This document shows positions 25,431 to 36,599 of a stretch of DNA of 64,000 nt, in pieces (the stretch's first letter is position 1; every line of letters begins with the position of its first letter). The notes below the pieces were generated by a model. The model was not told the origin of the DNA. It saw only the letters and a program-made list of their open reading frames with translations, and made no database searches. The stretch is taken from the NCBI GenBank assembly GCA_949358305.1, contig OX442314.1, forward strand, positions 1,550,001 through 1,614,000. Reading direction: 5' to 3'. Origin of the DNA: Strigamia acuminata (lineage: Eukaryota). A program made the position numbers and the translations under genes.

Positions 25431-25832
25431 TTACGGTCCACGGGGAAATAAATAAATAAATAAATACATAAATGAATGAATGAATGAATGAATAATTAGA
25501 ATCGAAGAGTGGCTGTCGTCGTCGTCGTCGCCGCCGTCGCCGCCGGTCCTCTCCTCGCCACCTTTACCACCGGTCGCCCCTTTGTCGTCGCCTTCGTCGT
25601 CCACCGGCTCCGTATCATCGGCCATCGCTCCCATCCACTTCTTCTCCACCCTCTCCAACATGTTCTCGAATCGTTCCTCCGTTCTCGCCAGCATCGCTTC
25701 CAATTTTGCCTCCGTCCTCGCCATCATCTTCTCGACCATCGCCTCCAGCGCCGTCTCCTCGCTCTTCTTTTCACTCGGTGTCGGTGGCGGCGGCGGCGGC
25801 GGTGGTCGCGCAGACGCACCCCCTCGACGCAA
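25431..25832 (-). CDS. Paralog of the last exon of the 6800-7433 coiled-coil gene; possibly a fragment (mirror 46296-46697 +)
   Basis: RRGGASARPPPPP...EKKSE...ARTEAKLEAMLARTEERFENMLERVEKK aligns with 6800-7208. Confidence 0.5.
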   Translation of the reverse strand: MRRGGASARPPPPPPPPTPSEKKSEETALEAMVEKMMARTEAKLEAMLARTEERFENMLERVEKKWMGAMADDTEPVDDEGDDKGATGGKGGEERTGGDGGDDDDDSHSSILIIHSFIHSFMYLFIYLFPRGP

Positions 25833-25854
25833 CTAGCGAAAAAAAAAAAAAAAA

Positions 25855-25959
<105 letters not shown>

Positions 25960-26042
25960 GAGAGAGAGTGCACTGTTCACGCGCCCACATGCGTGAACAG
26001 TGCACTCGCCCTCCGCGCCCCGTCGGCGTAGGCGCCGGCCGT

Positions 26043-26082
<40 letters not shown>

Positions 26083-26109
26083 GCCCGGGAATCGCCCTTC
26101 CGCCCGTCA

Positions 26110-29100
26110 CCGAATTTTGTCAATATCTGATAAATTTCCACAGAATTGCAGCGACATTGTACGAGATATTTCTGCCCGATTTGACGGACTTATGTAAAAC
26201 ATTGCTGAAATTCCGTGGAAATTTATAAAATATTGACAAAGGTTGGTGACCGACCCACGGCGCGTCGCGGCGCGTTCGGAGCACGCGACCCGATCCCCCC
26301 CCCTCCCCCCGTCCCCAAAAAACCACGCCTCGAGGAACCCCGAGGTTCGGTTTCCGACCGGGTCGCCTCTTGATCCGACTCGGGGCGCGTCACGGCGCGG
26401 TCGGAGGACGGCCCTCGTCCCCAAAAACCACACTCCGGGTCACGTGGTCTCGCGCCCGACTCTTTCAGTTTTCCCGTTACGGGATCGTGACGGGACTGTC
26501 GGCGGCCCGTTAACGGCCCGTGCGACCCCATGCGGGCCGTTGACGGGCCGTTGACGGGCCGTTAACGGCCCGTGTGAGCCGTTACGAGATCGTGACGGGA
26601 CCGTCGGCGGCCCGTTAACGGCCCGTGCGAGCCGTTACAGGATCGTGACGGGACCGTCGGCGGCCCGTTAACGGCCCGCACGGGCCGTGACGGGATCGTG
26701 ACGGTCCCGTAACGGCCCGCCGACGGTCCCGTGACGACCCCGTAACGGCCTTCGTTCCCGGACTTCGGCTCGCCGACGGCCCGTACGACCTCACGCGGGC
26801 CGTTAACGGCCCGTTAACGGGCCGCCGACGGTCCCGTCACGATCCCGTAACGGCCCGTACAAGCCGTTGACGGGATCTGGTCCCGTCACGATCCCGTAAC
26901 GGCTCGCACGGGCCGTTAACGGGCCGCCGACGGTCCCGTCACGATCCCGTAACGGCCCGTACAAGCCGTTGACGGGATCGTGACGGTCCCGTCACGATCC
27001 CGTAACGGCTCGCACGGGCCGTTAACGGGCCGCCGACGGTCCCGTCACGATCCCGTCACGGCCCGTGCGGGCCGTTAACGGGCCGCCGACGGTCCCGTCA
27101 CGATCCCGTCACGGCCCGTGCGGGCCGTTAACGGGCCGCCGACGGTCCCGTCACGATCCCGTCACGGCCCGTGCGGGCCGTTAACGGGCCGCCAACGGTC
27201 CCGTCACGATCCCGTCACGGCCCGTGCGGGCCGTTAACGGGCCGCCGACGGTCCCGTCACGATCCCGTCACGGCCTGTGCGGGCCGTTAACGGCCCGTTA
27301 ACGGCGTAAAACCAAAAACAGGATTCGAGATTAATGTCTATGAATGTTGTACGCGTTTTCACGTACGTGTTGTCGGTTGTTGATTTTTTCGATTTACGCC
27401 GTAACGGCCCGTTAACGGCCCGTTAACGGCCCGTCAACGGCCCGTCAACGGCCCGCATGGAGTCGTACGGGCCGTTAACGGGATCGTGACGGTCCCGTCA
27501 CGATCCCGTCACGGCCCGTGCGGGCCGTTAACGGGCCGCCGACAGTCCCGTCACGATCCCGTCACGGCCTTCGTTCCCGGACTTCGGCTCGCCGACGGCC
27601 CGTACGACCTCACGCGGGCCGTTAACGGGCCGTTAACGGGCCGTTAACGGCCCGTTAACGGCCCGTTAACGGCGTAAAACCAAAAACAGGATTCGAGATT
27701 AATGTCTATGAATGTTGTACGCGTTTTCACGTACGTGTTGTCGGTTGTTGATTTTTTCGATTTACGCCGTTAACGGCCCGTTAACGGCCCGTTAACGGCC
27801 CGTCAACGGCCCGCATGGAGTCGTACGGGCCGTTAACGGGCCGCCGACGGTCCCGTCACGGTCCCGTCACGGCGCGTGCGGGCCGTTAACGGGCCGCCAA
27901 CGGTCCCGTCACGATCCCGTCACGGCCCGTGCGGGCCGTTAACGGGCCGCCAACGGTCCCGTCACGATCCCGTCACGGCCCGTGCGGGCCGTTAACGGGC
28001 TGCCGACGGTCCCGTCACGATCCCGTCACGGCTCGTGCGGGCCGTTAACGGGCCGCCGACGGTCCCGTCACGATCCCGTCAACGGCCCGCATGGAGTCGT
28101 ACGGGCCGTTAACGGGCTGCCGACGGTCCCGTCACGATCCCGTCACGGCTCGTGCGGGCCGTTAACGGGCCGCCGACAGTCCCGTCACGATCCCGTCACG
28201 GCCTGTGCGGGCCGTTAACGGGCCGTTAACGGGCCGTTAACGGCCCGTTAACGGCGTAAAACCAAAAACAGGATTCGAGATTAATGTCTATGAATGTTGT
28301 ACGCGTTTTCACGTACGTGTTGTCGGTTGTTGATTTTTTCGATTTACGCCGTAACGGCCCGTTAACGGCCCGTTAACGGCCCGTCAACGGCCCGTCAACG
28401 GCCCGCAACGGCCCGCACGGGCCGTTAACGGGCCGTCGACGATCCCGTCACGATCCCGCAACGGCCCGCACGGGCCGTTAACGGGCCGCTGACGGTCCCG
28501 TCACGATCCCGTCACGGCCTTCGTTCCCGGACTTCGGCTCGCCGACGGCCCGTACGACCTCACGCGGGCCGTTAACGGGCCGTTAACGGCCCGTTAACGG
28601 CCCGTTAACGGCGTAAAACCAAAAACAGGATTCGAGATTAATGTCTATGAATGTTGTACGCGTTTTCATGTACGTGTTGTCGGTTGTTGATTTTTTCGAT
28701 TCACGCCGTAACGGCCCGTTAACGGCCCGTTAACGGCCCGTCAACGGCCCGTCAACGGCCCGCAACGGCCCGCACGGGCCGTTAACGGGCCGTCGACGAT
28801 CCCGTCACGATCCCGCAACGGCCCGCACGGGCCGTTAACGGGCCGCTGACGGTCCCGTCACGATCCCGTCACGGCCTTCGTTCCCGGACTTCGGCTCGCC
28901 GACGGCCCGTACGACCTCACGCGGGCCGTTAACGGGCCGTTAACGGGCCGTTAACGGCCCGTTAACGGCGTAAAACCAAAAACAGGATTCGAGATTAATG
29001 TCTATGAATGTTGTACGCGTTTTCACGTACGTGTTGTCGGTTGTTGATTTTTTCGATTTACGCCGTAACGGCCCGTTAACGGCCCGTTAACGGCCCGTCA

Positions 29101-29670
29101 ACGGCCCGTCAACGGCCCGCATGGAGTCGTACGGGCCGTTAACGGGCCGCCGACGGTCCCGTCACGATCCCGTCACGGCCCGTGCGGGCCGTTAACGGGC
29201 CGCCAACGGTCCCGTCACGATCCCGTCACGGCTCGTGCGGGCCGTTAACGGGCCGCCGACAGTCCCGTCACGATCCCGTAACGGGCTGAAAACGGGAAAA
29301 CTGAAAGAGTCGGGTGCGAGACCACGTGACCCGGAGTGTGGTTTTTGGGGGCGAGGGCCGTCCTCCGACCGCGCCGTGACGCGCCCCGAGTCGGATCAAG
29401 AGGCGACCCGGTCGGAAACCGAACCTCGGGGTTCCTCGAGGCGTGGTTTTTTGGGGACGGGGGGAGGGGGGGGGGGGGGGATCGGGTCGCGTGCTCCGAC
29501 CGCGCCGCAACGCGATGTGGGTCGGTCACCAACTTTTGTCAATTTTTGACAAATTTCCACGGAATTTCAGCAACATTTTACGAGACGTTTCTGCCCGACT
29601 AGACACGTTTCCGCAGGTTTTAGCAAAACAACGTTAAATTCTGTGGAAATTTATCAAATGTTGACAAAAT
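26110..29670. repeat. ~370-bp inverted repeats bracketing the satellite (26110-26476 / 29290-29670; mirror ~40615-40995 / 45518-45885)
   Basis: Reverse-complement match, e.g. CCACGCCTCGAGGAACCCCGAGGTTCGGTTTCCGACC. Confidence 0.9.
26473..29285. repeat. Subterminal palindromic satellite (11-bp GTTAACGGGCC, ~53-bp units, ~100-bp AT-rich module x5)
   Basis: Module GGCGTAAAACCAAAAACAGG...CGATTTACGCC at ~27303, 27671, 28253, 28610 and 28967. Confidence 0.95.
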
Positions 29671-29957
29671 TCTGTGCAAGTTTTGTCAGATACTTACTTA
29701 CTTACGATATAAACTCGAACGTCGTCCATCGACACTCTCAACATTCCACCGGACATTTTCCGGAAGAGTTTGTCCCGATCGGGACCACGCCTCGACGAAG
29801 CCCGGGACCCGGTTTCCGACCGGGTCGTTTTTGGCCCAAGTCACGGCGCGTCGCGGCGCTTTCGGAGCACGCGACCCGATCCCCCCCTCCCCCCGTTCTC
29901 AAAAACCACGCCTCGACGAAGCCCGGGACCCGGTTTCCGACCGGGTCGTTTTTGGCC

Positions 29958-30243
29958 CAAGTCACGGCGCGTCGCGGCGCGTTCGGAGCACATGAACCGA
30001 TCCCCCCTCCCTCCCGTCACAAAAACCACGTTTTAGCGAAACCCTTGACCGGTCACAAAACCCACCGAACACCGAAAAGCAACGAACAAAACGCGCTCGG
30101 TCGCACGAACTACTCGGCCAAAACAACATCCGCAAATTCCGCATCACAGTCGCGATCAACGAAACAACGTATAGGCCGCCGTAATGTTAAAAAGCGGGAC
30201 CCTTTCGCCCCCGACAAAATCCGCACACATACCCCAAGGTTAA
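29958..30243 (+). repeat. Terminal block with piggyBac-like end and TTAA site (outer, left arm)
   Basis: ~280-bp block also found at 21918-22198, 40047-40325 (rc) and 49770-50050 (rc). Three of the four copies abut TTAA and the fourth abuts ATAA. Confidence 0.75.
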
Positions 30244-30247
30244 GGGC

Positions 30248-33040
30248 ATGATTGGGTACTATTCTTCGTTTTTTCTGGGGTACTCGAAGACTTGTGAAGT
30301 TTTCAGGCCCTTGATGAAGAAGAACGCGCCATGGAATTGGACGGATGGCTGTCAAGCAGCGTTCGAGTATCTGCGGGACCAAGTTGCGACGTCAACTTTG
30401 CAGCGGAGGTTTCCTGACTGGTCGAAGCCGTATATTCTGCAGACAGACGCCAGCTACTCAGGCTTGGGTGCTGCGTTGATGCAATTGGATAATAATGGCA
30501 TTCGTGTGCCAATTGCATTTGCTTCGCGCGCTTTAAATAGTGCGGAAAAGAATTATAACGTTACGGAGATCGAGTGTCTAGCTGCTGTTTGGGCAGTTAA
30601 GCGTTTCCGCAGTTACTTGGAACTTATGGATTTTTACCTTGAGAGCGATCACAAGTGTTTAAAATGGCTTTTTGCTCAGCGCGAACCAAAGGGCAGATTG
30701 GCTCGATGGATTCTGTCGATGTCAGACTTTCGATTTACATTTCTGCATTGCAGTGGCACAAGTAATCGTGTCGCTGATGCGTTGAGCAGAGCTCCTGTAG
30801 ATCCGGCCATTGAAATTGGCGATGATGATTGTCCGCTCGTAGATGATGCGACATATTGTGCGTTCTTTGACGATTTCGCGAGTTGGCCGACCATTGAGAT
30901 GGTGGAGCTTGACGAGCATTTCGTGCCTAAACCATCTAGCTCAAAGATCGTTAACGCGGCCAAACTTCGGAAGAAATTGCGTATTCTTCAAAAGAGACGT
31001 GAATTTGAGGAGTTGGAACCGCTCGAGTTGTTTGGGGATTCTGACACCCAACCCCCCAAACCCCCCGGTCCCTCGAGGGGGGGTAGTGTGCCGGCCGACA
31101 TGGAAAATGCCGTGTTCGGTGCACACCAGCTCTCCGGTGTAATTACGCCTCCAGCTGCCTTGCCGCCAAAAAGGCGTGTTGGAAGGCCCTGTAAGGTCAA
31201 AGTGGTTCCTTCTGATCCTGTGCCTAAAAGGAAAAGAGGACGGCCACCAAAACAAAAACGTAAAGTTGGAAGACCCAAAAAGGTTGTATCACCTGCAAGA
31301 AGTGAGCATTCGTCTTCACCAGCGTCACCAGTTTCGAATAAAGGAAAATCTGGTAGCGAGCGATTTTTGAGTGACCATAGTTCCGACGAATATCGGACTA
31401 CGGTGCCACCTTTGCCGACGCGACCAACTACGCGGTCGAGGCAGACTCAACAACCTTTGGTGGACGGCCAAGTCTCGCCATACGAATCCGAAGATCTGGA
31501 TGAGGATCGACCGGCTGAGCATCCGGCTTACGAGCTTCTGCCAACTCAGAAAAGAATGAGGGAAGTTCAGTTGGCTGATAGTTGGGCGAAGGGTATTATA
31601 ATGTACCTGGATACTGGGCATTTGCCGCCTGACGAAGACGAGGCTGAGAAAATCAAAAAGCAATCTGTTGACATGGCTTTGTATCATGGGCTTCTGTGTA
31701 GGTACCCGCCAGTGACAATTGGCCAGCGCGCTCAATCGCGTCGTATTTACTTGCCAGAGCCTTTGAGACGAATTTATTTTCACTGCCTTCACTTCCCGCC
31801 AACTTCTGGCCACCTCGGAATTGAAAAGACCATGATGCGTTTAAAAACGCGTGTTTTTTGGCCAGGAATGAAGCGAGATGTGGCTGAGTGGATTAAAGTA
31901 TGTGGGCCATGCCAGAGGGCGAAAGTTGAACGGCGTTTGCCAATGGGAGAAATGGAAACGGCAAAACCACGCCGTCGTTTCAGAACCATTTACGTCGACT
32001 ACTTTGGGAAAAAGTTGAAGTCTAGCCAGGGTAATTGCTACGCGTTCGTGATGGTGGATGCGGCTAGCAGATGGGTTGACGTTCGACTTACTGAAAATGC
32101 AGATGTGCCAACTACCATCAGGCAAATTGAGAAGTTTGTGCAACGATGGGCCTTCCCAAAGACTTTAATTAGTGACAATGCGCCTACTTTTCGTTCTGCG
32201 CGTTTTCAAGCGCACTGTGCGGGAATGGGCATTGTAAATAAGTACATATCTGTGTATCATCCGCAAGGGAATTTGGCGGAGCGCCTAAACCAGTCGCTGA
32301 AGACCTGCATTCTCGCGTACATCGACGAACACGTGAATTGGGACCGTCATATTGGCTACTTCATTTTGGCCATTAACGCCAGTTATCAAACATCGCTGAA
32401 GTTCTCACCGTATATGATGATCGTTGGGCAGGAAGCGCGTTATCCAGGCGACCTCGACAGCGACACCGACGACGGGGATCCTCTCCCGCCGGATGAGGCG
32501 AGGTATTTACATCGTTACATGCTACGCGTCGGAGCCGAGGCGCGGAAGAACTTGGAGATAGCGAACCTGCGACATAAGCGATGGTACGATCGGAAGCGGC
32601 GGCCCCATGACTTCAAGCCTGGCGATTGGGTCACGCTGAGGAGCAGGATCTTGTCGTCGGCGGACAAGCAGGTTTCAGCGGGTTTCCAGCAGCGTACAGA
32701 AGGGATTTACATCATCCACCGGATCATCGGACCGAATACCGTGCTGCTGATGAAGGAGGACGGAAGTGTTACACAACCTTACCACATCGTGGACCTCCGA
32801 CATTGGTATCGCGACCCGGATGAAGACGCGAAGGACTCGGAGGATGTTCCGGACCCACTAGACGCGCTGAGTGCTGTTGGAGATGGTTGCGGCGCCAGTT
32901 TTATTTCCCGGGTGGATATGGACGATATACACGCCCGAGTGGACAAATTCAGTGCGGAATCACGTGATATTTGCATAAAATATTATGCCGAGAACGATAT
33001 TCGGTATAATGACTGTGAACAGGAAGAGGATTCGCCATAA
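30248..33040 (+). CDS. pol: Ty3/Gypsy Pol, 5'-truncated (RT connection, RNase H, integrase)
   Basis: GMIGYY...W.W...CQAAF, LQTDASYSGLGA, AEKNYNVTEIECLA, ESDHKCL, NRVADALSR. H2C2 (H...GHLG...CGPC). DDE core VDYFG / SDNAPTF / GNLAERLN. Confidence 0.95.
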   Translation: MIGYYSSFFLGYSKTCEVFRPLMKKNAPWNWTDGCQAAFEYLRDQVATSTLQRRFPDWSKPYILQTDASYSGLGAALMQLDNNGIRVPIAFASRALNSAEKNYNVTEIECLAAVWAVKRFRSYLELMDFYLESDHKCLKWLFAQREPKGRLARWILSMSDFRFTFLHCSGTSNRVADALSRAPVDPAIEIGDDDCPLVDDATYCAFFDDFASWPTIEMVELDEHFVPKPSSSKIVNAAKLRKKLRILQKRREFEELEPLELFGDSDTQPPKPPGPSRGGSVPADMENAVFGAHQLSGVITPPAALPPKRRVGRPCKVKVVPSDPVPKRKRGRPPKQKRKVGRPKKVVSPARSEHSSSPASPVSNKGKSGSERFLSDHSSDEYRTTVPPLPTRPTTRSRQTQQPLVDGQVSPYESEDLDEDRPAEHPAYELLPTQKRMREVQLADSWAKGIIMYLDTGHLPPDEDEAEKIKKQSVDMALYHGLLCRYPPVTIGQRAQSRRIYLPEPLRRIYFHCLHFPPTSGHLGIEKTMMRLKTRVFWPGMKRDVAEWIKVCGPCQRAKVERRLPMGEMETAKPRRRFRTIYVDYFGKKLKSSQGNCYAFVMVDAASRWVDVRLTENADVPTTIRQIEKFVQRWAFPKTLISDNAPTFRSARFQAHCAGMGIVNKYISVYHPQGNLAERLNQSLKTCILAYIDEHVNWDRHIGYFILAINASYQTSLKFSPYMMIVGQEARYPGDLDSDTDDGDPLPPDEARYLHRYMLRVGAEARKNLEIANLRHKRWYDRKRRPHDFKPGDWVTLRSRILSSADKQVSAGFQQRTEGIYIIHRIIGPNTVLLMKEDGSVTQPYHIVDLRHWYRDPDEDAKDSEDVPDPLDALSAVGDGCGASFISRVDMDDIHARVDKFSAESRDICIKYYAENDIRYNDCEQEEDSP

Positions 33041-34393
33041 CAGCCTTCTTTTTATGTTTTTAAAGTGTTTATTAATATTTATTCGTTTTTTAACATTGTT
33101 TCAATTTTTATAAGAGTTTTGGTGTTCGTGTTGATTTTTGTTTACATTGGAATGGGTGTGTTGTTGTGTTTTTTGATGTATTTTGCACTAATATTTGGTT
33201 TTAGAACATTTTTTACTAATTGTTGATATTCGCTGACGTTTCGAGGGGGAATGCGGGGTCAAAACTCCATTCTTTTCCCGTCGGAGTGTTTACGCGACTT
33301 TGTTTTTATTAACGTTGACTTTGTAAGCGCTTGGTGTTGTTTTTCATGCTCGGTGACTGTTGCGCGTGTGTGGTCTTGTTTGCGACAGATGGCGCCGGAG
33401 TGTCTAGTGTCATCTGACCAGTGACGTCACTTGTCAATCGGTGTCTGGCTGCCATCTTGTTTTCGCGACTTGACACGGTGCACATCGTCTCCACGCGTTC
33501 GGGATATTTTGAACGCGATTTGGGCTGAGAAACTGAGCGTGAGGACACACCGAGGCGCGTTAACTGTTGTAGTAGTACTAACCGTGAGTTTTATTGAAGT
33601 TTTGAGTGATTTTTGATAATTTTTCGCCGCTCGAGCAAACAAGTGTTTTTGAGTGCCGTGACTTGGTTTATTTCTCGCCACGTGCCTCTACGCGAAGTTA
33701 GGAGAAGTTTATGTTAGTTTCTCGTTGATTTTATGGTTTTGTTTAGTTTTAGAAGTCTAATTAACGACAATTTATGCGTGTTTAGAATTTTTTAGTGTTT
33801 TTCGTGAACGTATTGGTTTCGTTTTGCAAAATGCAAGATGGCGTCGCCATACGCCTTAGATTTTTCCTTCGGGTCACGTGATGTCGGCCATCTTTGTCAA
33901 GTGCCCGTATGTCTATAGATGGACTTAGCCAATTTTTGAACTGGTGCATTTTGCTTTGCTACGCGATAGACTTTGTTCATTCGCGTGTCGCTCATTAATT
34001 GAGTTTAATTGTTACGATGAACTTTATACATTTGTGCGAGGATTTTGTATTGTTATTGGATTTTTTGATTAATGTTTTTTCTGTTATTTTCAACTTTTGT
34101 TTTGGGTTATTGCGCATTGGTATTTCGCTCATTTTGATCGTAATCCCATTTCACGCGCTTTGTTTCCTAATTTTTATAACTTCGGTGATTTTTAATTGCG
34201 AGTACCTTTTTTGGTTGAGTTACGAGTTGCTACTCGAATTGTATCGCGTAATTTTTTATAATCCGCGTTATTAGCTGTTTAGTTTGTATTTTTTGTTTAC
34301 TCTTGCTCGAGTGGTGTAATTTTTGTCATTTGTTGTTTGTATGATTTTTTGACTTGTTTTTGTTGCTTCCGATTTAGTGATTGAATTTATAAT

Positions 34394-36184
34394 ATGACCG
34401 GACGTGGTAACGGATCGAAGCCCCCGTCGCGTGGTGGAAGGGGCCACAAGGACAAATCACCCGTCGAAACGCGCCGCCAGCGACAGGCGCGTGAGAGATA
34501 CGTGTGCCCTTACCCGGTTCCAGGATTATTTGAGCGAGGCCCGGTCTTGATGCCGAATTATCATCCGGACCACCCGATGTGTCGGGCCTTCCCCAATCGA
34601 GAGTTGTGCCCGGTGTGCTCGGGCTGGGGCCACCTTCGCGATGGCAAGGACGAGTGTTTCGCGTGCGAGGGGTTTGGCAATTTGAGACGCGCTCAATTTC
34701 GGATTTGGATGCGGCGCGTGCAGGCCCTGTGTTTGGGGCGGACCATCGCGGATGGACGGGACATTTCGCGTTACGTGCTCCCGAGGATTTTCCAGCCTTT
34801 ACTCGGTTCCGCCTCTGATTGTAACCGCTTCGTTATACAACATGAAGCGTACTGGAGGAATACGATGCAGATGGCCGCTCGCGCTGGATTCCGACCACAC
34901 AATTGGCAGTATCCACCGTTGGGGTGCCTGATGTTGGCTTTTGGGGTGACGGCGCCGCCATTACCCTCATTTTTTGAACGTTATGCGCTGAGGGAAGCTC
35001 CGGTGGCTCCGAGAGCGGATAGGCTCCCGTCTGTGACCCCGAGACTCCATTCTACGGCTCATAAAAAGCGCGATGATCCAAATGCCTACATCGCCAGGGG
35101 AGCAGCGCGATTCGATGAGGAACGAGACCGACTCCGAGGAATCGAGGAGCGTAATGAGAATTTACTCCAGGACATCGCGCATTTGCAAGACTTTCATCGC
35201 GTTGTGCAGGCGGGAGTCGTTGCGTGTGATGTGGCTGCCGCCGCCGGTGCCTCGACTGTACCATTGATACGACCTGTTCCCACGTTGACGCTGGTCCCGG
35301 AGCCGTCTGGACCTTCCGTCGAGACTGAGGTGCCGCCACCGATTGATGAGGTCGCGTTGTCCACGGCCTTGTTGCCGGCGGGTGTGTTGATTTGCGAGAT
35401 GGATGAGATAGCGACGCCATTTGGTGTCAATTTGCGTCGCGACTGGGCTGAGAGCGACCTCGATTACCTCATCCGGTGCCACGACGAGGCTGCGCGTCGC
35501 CGAGAAGTTGCTGGTTCGAGGGGAATGATTCCTCATTCTTCCCTTGAACAAATGGAGGACTCAATGGACTACGTGGGTGAGTTACCCAACCTCCGCGTAT
35601 GTTTGACTGAAGCCGGCCGAGGAGTCGAGTATTTGCCAGCGGGCGAAGAGTCGGATGATGATGAGGATTCCCGACCGCGGCGACAGCTTTCGCCATTGTT
35701 TACTGGCCGTCAAACCCAGCGTGACTTGCCTTTTCCGACTCAGCCCGAGGATTTGACCGCTGCTGTTCGAAAGTTGGTGGCTGACCAGCGCAAGAAGCGC
35801 GATTTTGCGACGCTGCGAGAGCTCGAGCTGTACTTCGAGACGATAATGGCGCGTGCTCATTTTGATGTGATTTTTCCCATGGGAACCCTGGAGTGGGAGG
35901 GCCCGTCCCGATGGCGCAACGACACCTACTTGGAAGCGGATTCCACCCGATGGCGCGAGTTTTTCTATGGAATCATCAAACGCGAACTTGGACTTTCAGA
36001 AAGCATGGCGGCCCTTGTGCACCTTCTTGAAGAGGGGCACATCATGACCCTGCAACGACTGATCGCCAACGTTTTGACTGAGTTTCGTCCGCGGAAGGAG
36101 AGCCAGTTGGGGGATGTCGTGACGTACCGCGCCATCAGCCTGATGAAAGAACTCATTACGGCCATTACGGGGTATGAGTTCTGA
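34394..36184 (+). CDS. Additional 596-aa retrotransposon ORF between pol and LTR, with CxxCxGxG motifs
   Basis: Long ATG ORF with CPVCSGWG...CFACEGFG. No evident signal peptide or transmembrane helix. Confidence 0.75.
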   Translation: MTGRGNGSKPPSRGGRGHKDKSPVETRRQRQARERYVCPYPVPGLFERGPVLMPNYHPDHPMCRAFPNRELCPVCSGWGHLRDGKDECFACEGFGNLRRAQFRIWMRRVQALCLGRTIADGRDISRYVLPRIFQPLLGSASDCNRFVIQHEAYWRNTMQMAARAGFRPHNWQYPPLGCLMLAFGVTAPPLPSFFERYALREAPVAPRADRLPSVTPRLHSTAHKKRDDPNAYIARGAARFDEERDRLRGIEERNENLLQDIAHLQDFHRVVQAGVVACDVAAAAGASTVPLIRPVPTLTLVPEPSGPSVETEVPPPIDEVALSTALLPAGVLICEMDEIATPFGVNLRRDWAESDLDYLIRCHDEAARRREVAGSRGMIPHSSLEQMEDSMDYVGELPNLRVCLTEAGRGVEYLPAGEESDDDEDSRPRRQLSPLFTGRQTQRDLPFPTQPEDLTAAVRKLVADQRKKRDFATLRELELYFETIMARAHFDVIFPMGTLEWEGPSRWRNDTYLEADSTRWREFFYGIIKRELGLSESMAALVHLLEEGHIMTLQRLIANVLTEFRPRKESQLGDVVTYRAISLMKELITAITGYEF

Positions 36185-36599
36185 GTGTTGTGCCTTCGTA
36201 AGTGACATTTTTTCCCGAACGTGACTTTTTTCGCGTAGTTCTTCGCGAAGTTAGTGTTGAACGCGAACTTTTCTTTTGAACAATACCAGTGATATTGACA
36301 TTTTCCTGAATTGTGATTGTTTTATTTTTTGTGTTCTTTGTCGCGCCGATGTTTGAATTTGATTTTTTCTTTGCGCGACTTTGAATTTTGTCTTTGATAT
36401 TTAGTGCATTGCTAGTAGTTTAGTTTTTGTTTTCGGCGCTTAACGCTTGTATTGTTGAGTCTACGTGATAAGTTCTCGCGCCTCATTAGTGTATTGTTTA
36501 ATCATTCCAACAGTGTCATTTGATTTGATTTCTTGTATCGCATTTTACTTTCGTTTTCAGATTTTGAACAGAGATTAAAACACTCTGGTCCGAGGGGCG

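Noticed and set aside
26473..29285. CRISPR-like repeat/spacer appearance
   Set aside because: The 'spacers' are near-identical copies, there are no cas genes, and the context is eukaryotic.
30232..30243. Kolobok-type end (also uses TTAA)
   Set aside because: Kolobok termini begin with purines; these begin CCTT, which fits piggyBac better.
29643..30251. 202/224-aa ORFs across the terminal repeats
   Set aside because: They run through tandem subterminal repeats, start at a non-ATG codon, and show no transposase motifs.
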